Part shown: one piece after another, positions 26,230-38,929 of the stretch | How the letters are laid out: each line of letters begins with the position of its first letter | Position numbering within the stretch: the stretch's first letter is position 1 | Origin: Owenia fusiformis | Lineage: Eukaryota | DNA: 64,000 bases | Direction: 5' to 3' | Assembly (NCBI GenBank): GCA_903813345.2 | Contig: CAIIXF020000001.1 | Span: 22,754,001-22,818,000 of the forward strand | Notes under the pieces: generated by a model | Told to the model about the DNA's origin: nothing | Seen by the model: only the letters and a program-made list of their open reading frames with translations | Databases searched by the model: none | Position numbers and translations under genes: made by a program

Positions 26230-28187
26230 ATGGTAAGGCTAAACGGAACTAATGAAGAGTTCATCTCAGGAAGTGGTTTTAACAGAACAACATCGAGCTT
26301 ATATGCAACTATAGAGTTTTTAATGGCCATACTAATATGGTTTGGAAACGGATTAGTTTTAGTTGCCATAGCAACCACGCCAAAACTAAGAAATAAAACA
26401 AATCTTTTGGTTTTCAGTTTATCAATATGTGATATGTTTTCGGGGATTGTGTTTACCCAATGCGCATTTGTGAGCTTTATATATTCTCGGGGATTCGATG
26501 ATGTTGAGCCGCTGTGTCTGAGCTGTCTTGGATTAATGGCCTTCACGCTTACCGTTTCCTTGGAGACACTTTTGGCTATCGCCGTAGAGCGATACATCAA
26601 AATTGTACACGCTCTCTCCTACCCACAGATTATTACCAAGTTTAGAGTTATCATTGCCGTCATCATGATTTGGATCAGCAATGTGCTCCTACACTGCAGT
26701 TACACGTCGCACGAAACTGGGGACAATTAGAGTAACATTATGGCGTCAAAATGCCAAAACAATACAATGGGCAGTATAGGGCGCAATCAGCATTATAACG
26801 TCAAAAACGACAAGCGTTACATTTTGTCAAGTTTAGTCAACCTAAAAATAAGATGCTTTATTCTTATTCAATCCTGGTAAAATTCACAGAGCAACAAGAT
26901 CTCGAGGACAATATTTCTAAAATGTTTTTGATTTTTGAAAAACGGTCAGGAAATCCACTCGGGGCGTTAGTAAAAATTGATGTGTATTGGATTTGTGGTA
27001 AAAAATCGATGTGTTACATTTTTTCAAGTCTCTAAAAGCAACTCTTATTCTCTTATTATTTGAAAAATAAAGAAATCTGTTATTGTTTTGTAAATTTCGC
27101 CATGACAATATTGTGCAGTAACATTTTTTTTGAAATCAGACCTAAATTAGAAGGTTAAATAAAGGTAAACTTATTGCTTGTCTCCTTCGCCTTCAAAACC
27201 TTACACAATTTTGAAAATCTTAAAAGCGTTCATATAAGACGATTTGAACTGTAGCCGCTAGGCAATTGTGACGTCATAAAAGCACATGTTTCAATGAATA
27301 AAATGTGAAATTTTAGTAAAATCCTGATCAGTATTTCAAAAGTTATCCCGATTTCAACGAACCATGTAAGCGTGAAATGTTACGCCTTACAGCGTATTTG
27401 ACGATGTCGGAGTACATTTAACTTCAAAAATATGGTAGATCCCATCACACTTTTCGAGGAAAAATAATTTCAGTCAAATGCGAATAAAAAATACTTCAAA
27501 ATGATATATAATGCACATAGTTAGCTTTTTAAATAAGCCAGATATTAACGCTTAAAGCTGAGATTAGCCCGTATTTCTCGAATTGTCCCCAGGTCCGTGC
27601 ACGTCATAAGTACGTTCTTTTGGAACAATTACACTTCGACCAAGCGTTGTCATATAATAGACATTCAGACAGTTACATATCTTATCGTTGCCATGTCAAT
27701 CTTAGTCGTTGCTATGGTAATCATAAATGTACTGTATACTAAGATATTCACGATTGCATGGAAACAGAGGAATGAAATCATATCCATGGAGAAAAGTGCG
27801 GGGGTCTCGTCCAGTATGGCCAAGGAAAACAAATTAGCAAAAACAATGGCTCTCGTGAACGGGCTACTCTATCTCTCATGGACACCCTTTGTAATGTTAA
27901 CGTTTGTACAATTAGGGATGGACGACGAAACGTTAAACACACAATGGATGGGGCACATTTATTATAATTTCACACACGTTCTAGTTGCGAATTCTTTACT
28001 TAATCCGCTCATCTATGCAGCGAGAGACAAAGATTTTAAGAATGCCTTTAAACGACTCCTTCGATTGAAAGCTCACGGTAATGTGGTGACGAACTTAAAC
28101 TCCAATTCTCAGCCCACTGCATCCTCCGAACGCAATGCTTCAGAACTCGTTCCTCCATTTTCCAATAAAATAGAAGCTTGGAAATGA
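26230..28187 (+). pseudogene. Class A GPCR, copy 2, interrupted by a transposon after TM4
   Basis: Near-identical to copy 1. The frame is open if 26701-27611 is removed (LHCS|TFFWNN). N-terminal NGT/NRT sequons. Confidence 0.88.
26701..27608. mobile_element. 908 bp non-autonomous DNA element with imperfect TIRs and an AGT TSD
   Basis: AGT|tacacgtcgcacgaaactggggacaatt ... aattgtccccaggtccgtgcacgtcata|AGT. Empty site ctgcAGTacg in GPCR copy 1 (~22570). Confidence 0.88.
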
Positions 28188-29329
28188 GACAATGAGCGTT
28201 TGGAGGATCAGCCAAATAGTGCGTCAAGTGGTAACTATAGCCGAAAATCTGGAGATGTTGTAGACATATATAATTCAAATTGAAATAATGTATGTACAAA
28301 GATATAATTTTGGTACTTGCAATCGAGATAGAAAATAAATCACTGAAGTCTAGATACAAGCCCTTCTGCCCCTTTCCCACTACTCATCCCAGCATCACTG
28401 TGAGAAGGTGAGTAGTCAAGTAGAAGGGGGGGGGGGGTCACAGGGTCTTGTAGCTAGACTAGAATCACTACACCCTGTCCTGTTTACTTTTTATGGTTTC
28501 ATATCTAGTTTCATACACACAGTGAATTGATTTGCTGCGTAGGGAGAGGCATCTGATCTCTTGGGAACCATTAGTATTAACATACCCACTTCAAAAAGTA
28601 TCGTTTATATCAATTGTAATAGTTTTGTGGAAATGCTAATGGAAATCATCTATATTGTGATTATTGTACACTTCATTGGAATATTTTCACATGTTAGTCA
28701 ATATCCTAGATGCGAGTAGAAATAATCTTGATTTACGTCATTAAAGATTCACAATTCAGTCAAACTGATGTCATATTTGGAATCTACATGTAAAATTACA
28801 TCTAGAAATGTGGTTTTGCAAAGAGTTTATCAACTATAAAAATTGTTTTTTCTTTGAAAATGTGACTTCTAGGTCGGGGAGATTCCCCATAGACCCCATG
28901 TTGTAAAACCACAAAAAGTGAAATATCTTTTCTTGTGTTGGGCAAATAATATTTTCTTTTCCTGGACATATTTTAATTTGCAACTATCAAATACATAAAG
29001 GTAATATGAAAAGTGAACCACTAAAACTGATGAATATTCAAGTTTTAAGGAATTATGTGATGCATGCACACGAGTTACACATGAAATACACCTTTTACGA
29101 GGAATTCATAATCCTATGTACAGATGTAACATACGTCTATATGACACAAGAAGCTTCTTTAAGGACACTCTACATTACAAGAATGTAGTATTAGATATTT
29201 TCATTTTTTGAAATACGTTTTGTTATTCTGTTCTATCACTCCTCGATTAATAGAAATAAAATGTAGTACAAATTATATAATATCATACTCTCCTTGAAAC
29301 GGAGGAAATACTACAGTATATCTAGTAAT

Positions 29330-29751
29330 CACTGCTACTCACCTAGTTACAAGTAACAAGATGGAAGAACTGGGCTTTGTTTTCGGTAAGATATTTTTAT
29401 TTCTCGATTCTACACCACTTATAAGTGATCAAGTTGTGGACAATACTTTGGCTCAAAGTTAAGGAAGATCACACATTGGCAATATGCATGAAGACCGTCA
29501 ACGTAACAAAAGCGAGGTATTTAATATGTGAATTGTGTCTCCGTTAATATACCAAACATAGAACCGCCAGCATATTCTCAAACTAGACTATCTTCCTTAA
29601 CTTTGAGCCAAATTATTGTCCACAACTTGACTTATAAGTGTTGTAGAATCGAGAAATAAAAATATCTTACCGAAAACGAAGCCTGGAAGTTCTTCCATCT
29701 TGTTACGCTAACGTATGACGTATCGTCAGTGTAACTAGGTGAGTACCAGTG
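29330..29751. mobile_element. Palindromic Transib-like MITE, copy 2 (duplicated along with the GPCR unit)
   Basis: GTAAT|cactgctactc ... gagtaccagtg|GTAAT. Confidence 0.8.
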
Positions 29752-31571
29752 GTAATGAAACATGAACATTCTGGACCAATGTATCGTCATACTTTGAACT
29801 CCATACGTGTGATATTTCAAACATCGTCAAACATTTTGAACGTTGTCAAAAATGATTTGAAGGGCGAAAAATAACTCTGAACACCACAAAGTAACAGTCG
29901 ATCAGAGTAATCGTAAAATCAATAAAACTTTATTTTCGTTTGAATTTGACCCCAAGAAAACTGCAGTTGTTACTTTAAGATCTAATATATAACTTTTAGT
30001 CAAATGCGAATAATGCCTGCTATTCTTGCTATATGAATAACGTTTGATGTGATCGAGAGCCACACATACACAAAAATGATGTGTTACATATATAATTGAA
30101 ATATAAAGATGAACTAGATCTAAATCAAACCAAAATCTTAATCAATTAACACAATTATCAAAGGCTATGAATACGTTTAGCCTACGTTCGTTCCAACAAT
30201 AAACGTTTGCTTGCAATGTTTAGGATCTCCTGTTCTTATAATAAGCTATACCCAAGATAAACTAAATGGTCTTAATTAATGCATGCATAATTAGTTCAGG
30301 AATGATTTCTGTCATGACTGGATTATCTTAATTCGGATATGCAAATTAACACAAATCATTCGAGAGCAGAGGTTTCCAAGAAACGATATTGAATTTTTGA
30401 AAAGGTTAAGTGTAATTTGGAAAAGGTGTACTGTCATTAAAAGTTTTAATCAAAGTTAATTTTGGATAATCTTACGTGATTACTGAGTGTTCCATTTAAT
30501 AATCTAACCCATCTCAACAAACTAAATTATTGTAGACCTTGTCAGGTATGTATTTAAACACCATTTCGAATTCCATATTCATCATGGACATTCATGATAT
30601 TCATCCCTAATCGAGTTTATTTTCAAGGGTATTTCAATGATTAGTCGTCATTGTCTTATCATACGGAAGAAATTTTATTTTCATTGTTGGAATTTCAATA
30701 GCTAGGATAGCAGAACTAATATTGACAACCAAAATATATGATATTGATTCAATTATCTTTTATTTTAACAGAAAATGAATAGGCTAAAGCAAATACGATG
30801 TGTAAATAGCTGGCTGTAGTAAGATATGTGGAATCCGCGCATGTTTAGAAACTGACCCAAATGTACCAAGACTACTACGTGACAAGACTAATCATATGGG
30901 CAATGCTCTTGGAACTTGATATTGATTTGCCGAACCTTCAATCAAAGTTATTTGCTTCATGTTGTATCTAATGGACTGTTATTTATTCATTTGTTTCAAT
31001 CACTAATTATTGATGTGTATTGATTTCTGCAAGTGTCTCATCAACACTCAACTGTAACATGGATCCTCGTAGTAATGGATCTTTAGTAAATCACACAATA
31101 AATCAATGTAACAATATCTTATTTATATTACTTTTTTTGTGACCACACCAAGATATGGTGACGTCATTGTTACACTGGCCATCTTTCTGCCCGGCATTCG
31201 ACAGTCGCCGTCCAAAATCCTCCAAGGATATTGTATACCACGAATCATTCATTTGTATTTACATAATATGAATCAATAGCAGTCCATTAGATACTGTAGC
31301 CTACATCTACTAGGGTTGAATACCGTTGAAAGTACCTCTTTGTTTGATAGTATTTGATTATATTATCAAAATAACATACAACTCAGATACTGAGATAGGA
31401 TACCTTGTGTGGGCGTAATCATTCACGAGGCGGGCATGTGATGTTACAGTTGACGCAACTTACAGTACCACGGTATAAGCTTTTCCGATTGGCAGTTGAA
31501 TATGAGATTTATTCTCGATCGCTTAATCCATTCGGTCCCACGAGAAATATTATATTGACTAAATTGATATA

Positions 31572-32443
31572 CACTCCCCTCCATAAGTTTGGCAACCTTT
31601 TTCCCCCATTGAACTACGTGTTAAAGCCTCTTTACATTTGAATTTTTATTTACTTAACCTGCGATGAAAATACTTATACTATTGATGGAAACGTAATTTG
31701 ACTAAAATTCCAACACCTCCAAATTTTCTCAATTTTTTTCCTCAATTACAATAGGTCGAAAATTCATGATGAATTTGATAAATTTTTGAAAATCGACATT
31801 CCCATGTTAACCAATGGGAAATGGTAGGTTTGCCGCAAGTCATATGACAGAATATCCATCTATCCGAGTCCTTGCAAAAATACGAGTTAGGCAGGGAATT
31901 GAATTGGCTAACTTTATTTAACAAAAAATTGATATGTTTCTTCAGGTTCAACAAAGTTATAGGGCTTTAAAGTCAAAATTGCTTTTCAAAAAACCTCTCC
32001 CATTGAAATAACACAGGAGGCGAAAAATTATTTTCAAAAATGACTTTCAAGCGCTGTAACTTTAATAATCACCAATAAACTTAACACTTAGTGTTCAAAA
32101 AAGTTAGACAATTCAATTTTCTATATAAAAATATTTTTTGCTGAATCTTTTACTGAAAATATATCCTGGTTTCTGATTTGCCCCGAACCCTCCATTTCCC
32201 ATTGGATTACATGGGAATGACGATTTTCAAAAATTCATCAAATTTATCATCAATTTTCGACCTATTGTAATTGAGGAAAAAAATTGAGAAAATTTGGAGG
32301 TAATGGAAATAAAGTCAAATTACGTTTCCATCAATATTATAAGTTATTTCATCGCCGGTTAAGTAAATAAAAATTCAAACGTATAGAGGCTTTAACACGC
32401 AGTTCAAGGGGGGAAACGGTTGCCAAACTTATGGAGGGGAGTG
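31572..32443. mobile_element. Tc1-like MITE
   Basis: TA|cactcccctccataagtttggcaacc ... ggttgccaaacttatggaggggagtg|TA; TIR ~245 bp. Confidence 0.88.
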
Positions 32444-33094
32444 TAAATCCTTATTCAATGTATGCAGATACCATGCGTAAATGTTTATTGTGATATTTCA
32501 ATTTCAGAAATCTATGAGTTAAATTGTGAAAGGTTGATCTATTTTAGTATAAGTTTTAAAAAAATAACTTTTCTGTATCGCAAGTTGAATTAGACATATC
32601 GATTCAGCAAACCTTTTTGCCAACGCCAAAAGTTAAAAGCTCCAATTTATGCCTGGATCCATCGGCTGGCGCCGATGTTTTGTTCAATATTGTATTCAAT
32701 TTTGAACAAAATACTCAATCGGCCGGGCGCCGTAGTGAAAATCGGAGCAAATGTGACCAAGGCTAGTAAAGAAATGACCATCTGAATCGGCAACAATATC
32801 ACAGACCAGTATCAATATAATATCAATATATCATGACCGTTACCATATCATACATTTCCTTTTGTATTTTGATGCTTCTTTGGATATATTCTTTTCAAAA
32901 ATAAAGTCTTGACTTGTTAAATCAGAAGAAACCACATGTTTCCTGCACTTAAAACTAATTTATCTGAAAGTTTGTATCCATAATATGAATCTTTTTTTGC
33001 ATATATTATTGCAATGTTGTCCTTTGATTGCTTTTTTATTCAGGTTTGGCCGACCAACACTTTCACAGGTTCGCACTGTAGAGTCCCTCTTTAA

Positions 33095-33497
33095 GGTTCA
33101 GCTGGAAAATAACATTTTGGGAAAAAATTACAACACCTACACCTGGTGCAAAAGTAAGTATGAAGGCATTTGTATTTTATTTCCTTGCTTTTTTCAGGAA
33201 AGTATCATTACATTGTCTACTTTAATTTAGTAAACCTGGAAGCAGGTCAATGGTACAGTAGCTTCTATGTTGTGTGGAAACGTTAAAAGAAAATTTGGGA
33301 AAATAGAAAGCGTGAAATATCAGAATTTCCTGGAGTTCCCATTGACCTGCTTCCAGATTTACTAAAAGTAGAAAATGTAATGATACTTTCCTGAAAAAAA
33401 GGAAGGAAATACACACATGCCTTCATACTTCTTTAGTACCAGAAAATAACATGTTCAGGTATAGCAATTTTCCAAAATGTTATTTTCCAACTGTACC
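33095..33497. mobile_element. Palindromic MITE with TTAA TSD (Kolobok-like)
   Basis: TTAA|ggttcagctggaaaataacatttt ... aaaatgttattttccaactgtacc|TTAA. Confidence 0.75.
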
Positions 33498-33874
33498 TTA
33501 ATATCTTGTTATCTTCCACGAGGTAGTAGTATATACTACAGAGATTGTGAAAGCTTTGTAGTCTATCGTAGTTTCCCAGTGTTGATTACCACTCTTTGAG
33601 AACCACTGACCATTTACCGTGGTGCTTCAAAAAGTGCCAAATAACACCGAAATTGAAAATGATAATATAAGAAACAATATCTCTATCGGATTTCCATGTG
33701 TTATTTGCAGTTTTTAAGTCCAGCCCAAACTGCCTATAAACAGTGTCAACCTTTCATTTATACCACGTAAACAATTCAGAAATCACACACCAGTGAGCAC
33801 ATTCAACCACAACGTACTTGTACCCAGGACCATTTAGAGCAGATCACGCTATGCCTCAAAGGGGCAATACTCTG

Positions 33875-34530
33875 TCAATAGGATTTTTGTTCAACATCAA
33901 TAAAGAAAAAACCCCAATGACTCCTAGTTCAAAAGCTCGCCTATTTTCAAAATGGCCGCCATTTATGTCTCGCGAAATTTACTTTTGGACCATTTGCTTT
34001 AAAACCTGTGTCGATAGGATTCTCGTTTTAAGTTATTTTTGTTCAACATCGATACAGAAAACTCCCTTATGGCTCCTGGTTCAAAAGCTCGCCTAATTTC
34101 AAAATGGCCGCCATTTATGTCTCGCGAAATTTACTTTTGGACCATTTGCTTTAAAACCTGTGTCGATAGGATTCTCGTTTTAAGTTATTTTTGTTCAACA
34201 TCGATACAGAAAACTCCCTTATGGCTCCTGGTTCAAAAGCTCGCCTATTTTCAAAATGGTTGCCATTTTTGTCTCGCAGAATTTACTTTTGGCCCATTTC
34301 CTAGCTTTACAAAAAATCGGCAAAAAAATTTATCCATTTTTGAAATCCACTTTTTGACCGTTTGCCTAAAAACCTCTGTCGATAGGATTCCCGTTTTAAG
34401 TTACTTTTGTTCAACATCATTGTAGAAAACTCCTCTATGACTCCTGGTTCAAAAGCTCGCCTATTTTCAAAATGGTCACCATTTTTGTCTTACGAAACTC
34501 ACTTGTGGCCAATTTCCTAGCTTTACAAAT
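33875..34530. repeat. ~152 bp tandem repeat (aaaatggccgcc core), ~4 units
   Basis: tcgataggat recurs at 34011 and 34163; further variant units near 33878 and 34380. Confidence 0.8.
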
Positions 34531-37500
34531 AATTTCAGGTGTCCTGCATTGTAAAAAGCCATGTCACTGTAAAGAGTAGTTATATGAAATAATTTTGTTA
34601 CAAAAAATAGGCAAAAATTACATCCATTTTTTTTTATTTTCTGCCATTTTAGCAGAAAACTTTTGAATAACACCATGTTAGCCCAGTACCCATGGTACTA
34701 TTTTTTATTTTTTGTGTAGAAAGTAGCACGATTGTCACCATCGCTTGTGACCAATAGAGCGATATCCTATTCGGAGCTGTATAACGAAGGTCAATGAAAG
34801 ATATCATTCTATTGAGGATTTTTTGTAGAAAATCAAACTTAAACACATTTAACGCACTACATGCATGCATACTTTATTTTTTGATAAAATACAATAATTA
34901 TAGGTATATCAAGTTACACCTTCGTATAGTTTTTTAATAACCAATGTTTCAAGTAATTCCTCTTTTTTAACTTACATTTCCAATCTTTTGATAATTTAAT
35001 TTGTAATATTCACACCATTCCAAATCACCCCAACAAAGGATGAACCCAATATGATAGTGATCTTTTTTCCAAGATCAGCTGTCCACTAGGATTTAAGCAC
35101 CAGACTTAATGGTTTGTTTGTGATATATTTCCCAAGTTAATGATTGCTTGCTTTGAACCAAGACCAAATGTAGATGTTTATAGCTAGAATACAATTAATG
35201 ATTCACGTAAAGCACAAACAAAGCACCCATATTGTCATAGACTATCACACATTGCAAAACAGTTCCATAAAACGAAATAGAATTAATCATGGCCTCCTAT
35301 TAGCTTCTTTCTAGTTGAAGACAGAAAGGTAATTGAGTATTAGAATTGTAATCTTGACATCTGGCCAATTTCCAGCCGTTTTCTAGATGAGTATTCCAAA
35401 GTGCCAAAACGTCATTAATTCGCCAGTATTGACAAAATACGTGTATGAATAGTAAGTTTTGATTTTACAATGACATTGAAGATGTTGTCTTTTTATCGAA
35501 GAAGTGCGCAATAGATGGTCTCTTTAAAATAAATAAATAGTTGTTCCACTCATTTTCGACACGCTCATGGTTGGCTTCGGGTATAAATTACAAAGATTTA
35601 TTCTTTGTACTGCTGTGACTTTTTGCGACCCATGATTAGGAACTGAGGTCAATGTCATTGCTTATGGGTCAAGGTTATCTCAAGGTCAAAGTTTAATATA
35701 TTTGGCGTTTTAAGGCACTCAAGGATACTGTGACCCTCGGCGATTCATAATTAGGTGGCCTGAGGTAAAAGTCAATGTTTGTGAGGCAAGGTCATCTCAA
35801 GGTCATATCTAGGTATTTGACGTTGTAAGGCTTTTGGAAAAATTCTAAATACAAGACGCGGTCAAGGTCAACGGATCAATATACAGGTATTAGCATTTTA
35901 TAGGGGCTGCTGCCATGTTGAGGCTGTTGTGACCTTTGGTGACCAATTCGAACGGGAAAATTGCAAGTACATGTAACATGCAAATGTAAAATATAACAAG
36001 GAACAACAAATTGGAGTATTTTTTAATTATATTTGTTTTAAAATATGTGATTAGCTGGAATGTAATATATCATGTCCAGGTCTCTGTGTCAATTACAATC
36101 AAAATGAAAAAATAATGGATGTCTCTATTAACAAGCTGCTAAAGGCTAATAGCCTGAGTAAAGTCCATTTAAGGCAAGATACGGGTTTAAAACAATCATG
36201 TTTACATAATCTTTCATCAAAGCACTTAAAGACAGAATCAGATTTATAGTATTAGATGTAACAAAATTACAAGCAACATGCATAACTGACCTACCAATCC
36301 ATTCCTTACAATCTCAAATACAACATCTCCCAAAAGAATCACAATATGTTATAAATTGGTAAAGTTATTAATGATTCAGAGTGCAAAAATGGGTGGAAAA
36401 TGTTTAAATTCTCCCAAATAATAAGAATGGTAACCATTCTTATAGAAATATATTGTAAAAATCTTTAGGTTTCCTGGAATAAACTACATGTATGCACCTT
36501 GACATGACAAGGAATAACACGAGCCAAAAATATTCTAAAATAGAAATAATTTTTGTTTAGCATGCTTGCTATATCTGATTCTCTCTTTAATTTATACACC
36601 TAGTATCATAGTTATCATGGTAACAACGTAACCGAATGTAATTTGAAGAACGTAGTCTTATTTTCTCTTATTGTAATTTTTTATTGTTGGATGTACGTTT
36701 GGCCCTTTTCGATTTGATTAGGGCATCAGTACAAATAAATCCTATTCTATATGGTAAATATCTCATATCTTCGTTAAAATATAGATGTCAGTATGTTTCA
36801 TGGCATCAATAATTCGATGAGGTGATTATATTATTGTTGTGTATACATGCGGTCCGTTAGTTTCACCGCCACGTTAAAATTTGCCTCGTTTTGACATTAA
36901 TATGGTGGCTTGTAAGGTAAAAGGTAAGAACGGGCTAAAACTAGTCAGTTTGAGTGAATCTAACCATGCACATCGTATCAAATGTGTACCCGGGTAAAAA
37001 CCGTTACATTGTGCGTCTATATGCGGTCATAGCCTTGCTTGACTTCAAGTGTAGCAGAAAATAATGAAGATGTAAACAAGACGTTGTGAAAGTAAATGCA
37101 ACTCGGTGTTTGAATGTAAATTCTACATGTACTGACATCTATTTTTTGACTCAAACTTTTTTTTATTTCAATCGATTATGATCAATTTACTAAAGTGGAC
37201 TGAACTTTATTTACAACTGTCATTTATTGATCATAAGCTTCTAAAGTGTCATATACGCTAGCCCACTACTTTAAAACCAAAATGGGCATTCCACAATGGA
37301 CGGTAATATAGATAAAAAGCTCTGACTTTTATGAATATTAGTGGCTGATTTACCCCATGATTAAAGCTTTTATATACACATAAGAACGAGGGCTAGCATA
37401 GTATAAAGAAAAGTATACAAAAACCTATGGCCTCTTGCATTGATCTATATTCCAAACACGCAGGGATTGTATTTCACATACATTTTTAGCATCTTTGTAA

Positions 37501-37782
37501 GTTTCCCGACCATTACTTGTGGGATTGTGATAACAAGCATCACGGCACAGGCGCTGAGATATCTTCAACTCTGATTTGGTACATTTTTAGATAAGGAGTA
37601 CCTAATACCTATTTACCTTGTTAATGACCTTCATTGTTATCATTGTAGGGCAACTATAGAGACACATGACTTGAGAGTACAATTGAAGTTACAAATATAC
37701 TAAACAGGCCTTTGCATCATCATTTTTACTCTGAAGTAAATCATTTGTGCGTGGATAGCATTTGTGCCTACAATTCTTCATC

Positions 37783-38817
37783 ATGAGTCTTAAGGTTGTT
37801 ATCTTAGGAGCTGGTGGCCTAGTAGGGACGCGTTTATGTCTAAAGATCGTTCAGCTACAGGAGATGCATATTAACCCTACGGAGAGTCTACCATTGAAGA
37901 AAATCGTAATGTTCGATGCGATGGAGTTGAAAACAATCCCCGATAGCATCAAGGGTGACGCTAGAGTCTCAGTAATGATTGGTGACTTGTGCGACAAGAC
38001 GATCATGGCTAAAGCGGTAGAGCCGGACGGTTGTACGAGAGTGACTGTAATACACCTCGCTGCTGTCCTCAGTGGTTACGCTGAAGAGAACTTCGACCTT
38101 GGTATGAAGGTGAACTTGCATGGCACGCTGAACGTTATGGAGTGCATGAGAGGTTTGGTTACGGAGCTGGGTCAACCTCAGATTTATGTCTACGTAAGCA
38201 CAGATTACGTTTGCTGTTTCAACGACTATAATAAGAACAACCCAGTGAACGAAGAATCATTCCGTCTTTCACCCGTGTCATATGGTATCCAGAAGTCTTG
38301 TATAGAACTGTTGATGTGTGATTATACCCGGAAGGGGTTCTTAGATGGTCGAGTAGCTCGTCTTTCAGCCGTGATCGGACGTCCAGGATGGTCGAACTCA
38401 ATCTCTTACCCATATACAGGTATTTTCACACAGCCACTCGAAGGGAAGGATTACGTGGTTCCTCTACCAATGGACATCCCCTTCCCATGTTCTAGTCTTA
38501 ATAACAACATCGATTGCCTGTTGTTTACCGCTAGCAACCTAGATGGAACCAAACTTGGGCACAACCGTATTATTCAGCTTCCAGCAAAAAGTTGGACACT
38601 AAATGATATATGGGCAGCTACCAAAGAAGTTGCATCTGAGGAAGGTGTCCAACTTGGTAAGATTACCAACCAATCAAATGGAGGTGATACCACAATTAAG
38701 GAGATCAATGTGTGTCCATATGTAGACTGTGGAAAAGCCGAACGGCTTGGTTATCCCATGGAAGTCGATCTAAAGGACATTATAAGAGACTACATCAATG
38801 TATATATAAAGAAATAG
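37783..38817 (+). CDS. Intronless NAD-dependent epimerase/dehydratase (extended SDR), D-erythronate dehydrogenase DenD-like
   Basis: 344 aa from ATG 37783. GAGGLVG Rossmann motif, HLAAVLSGYAEENFDLGMKVNLHGT, catalytic SYGIQK, ELLMCDYTRKGFLDGR, RPG. Confidence 0.88.
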   Translation: MSLKVVILGAGGLVGTRLCLKIVQLQEMHINPTESLPLKKIVMFDAMELKTIPDSIKGDARVSVMIGDLCDKTIMAKAVEPDGCTRVTVIHLAAVLSGYAEENFDLGMKVNLHGTLNVMECMRGLVTELGQPQIYVYVSTDYVCCFNDYNKNNPVNEESFRLSPVSYGIQKSCIELLMCDYTRKGFLDGRVARLSAVIGRPGWSNSISYPYTGIFTQPLEGKDYVVPLPMDIPFPCSSLNNNIDCLLFTASNLDGTKLGHNRIIQLPAKSWTLNDIWAATKEVASEEGVQLGKITNQSNGGDTTIKEINVCPYVDCGKAERLGYPMEVDLKDIIRDYINVYIKK

Positions 38818-38929
38818 AATCAGTCGAGGACCAGATGTAAAAAATATGATAACAATGTATGATATTAATTGAAAGTAATAAATTGTTATTCATATCATCA
38901 ATAAAAAGCATTTGGAAAGCAATTGTATA

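Noticed and set aside
22149-26600. Minus-strand ORFs MMYRSTAIAK...
   Set aside because: Antisense shadows of the GPCR coding sequences.
26699-27610. GPCR insertion acting as a precise new intron (the AGT TSD supplies GT on the left and AG on the right)
   Set aside because: Splicing GT(26699) to AG(27610) leaves A+T instead of AGT, a -1 frameshift. Using the ccccag acceptor (27592) gives an immediate TAA. The only in-frame option I found needs a very poor donor (ac|gtcgca).
33818-34425. Repetitive ORFs (KWPPFMSREIYFW...)
   Set aside because: Translations of the 152 bp tandem repeat; the period is not a multiple of 3.
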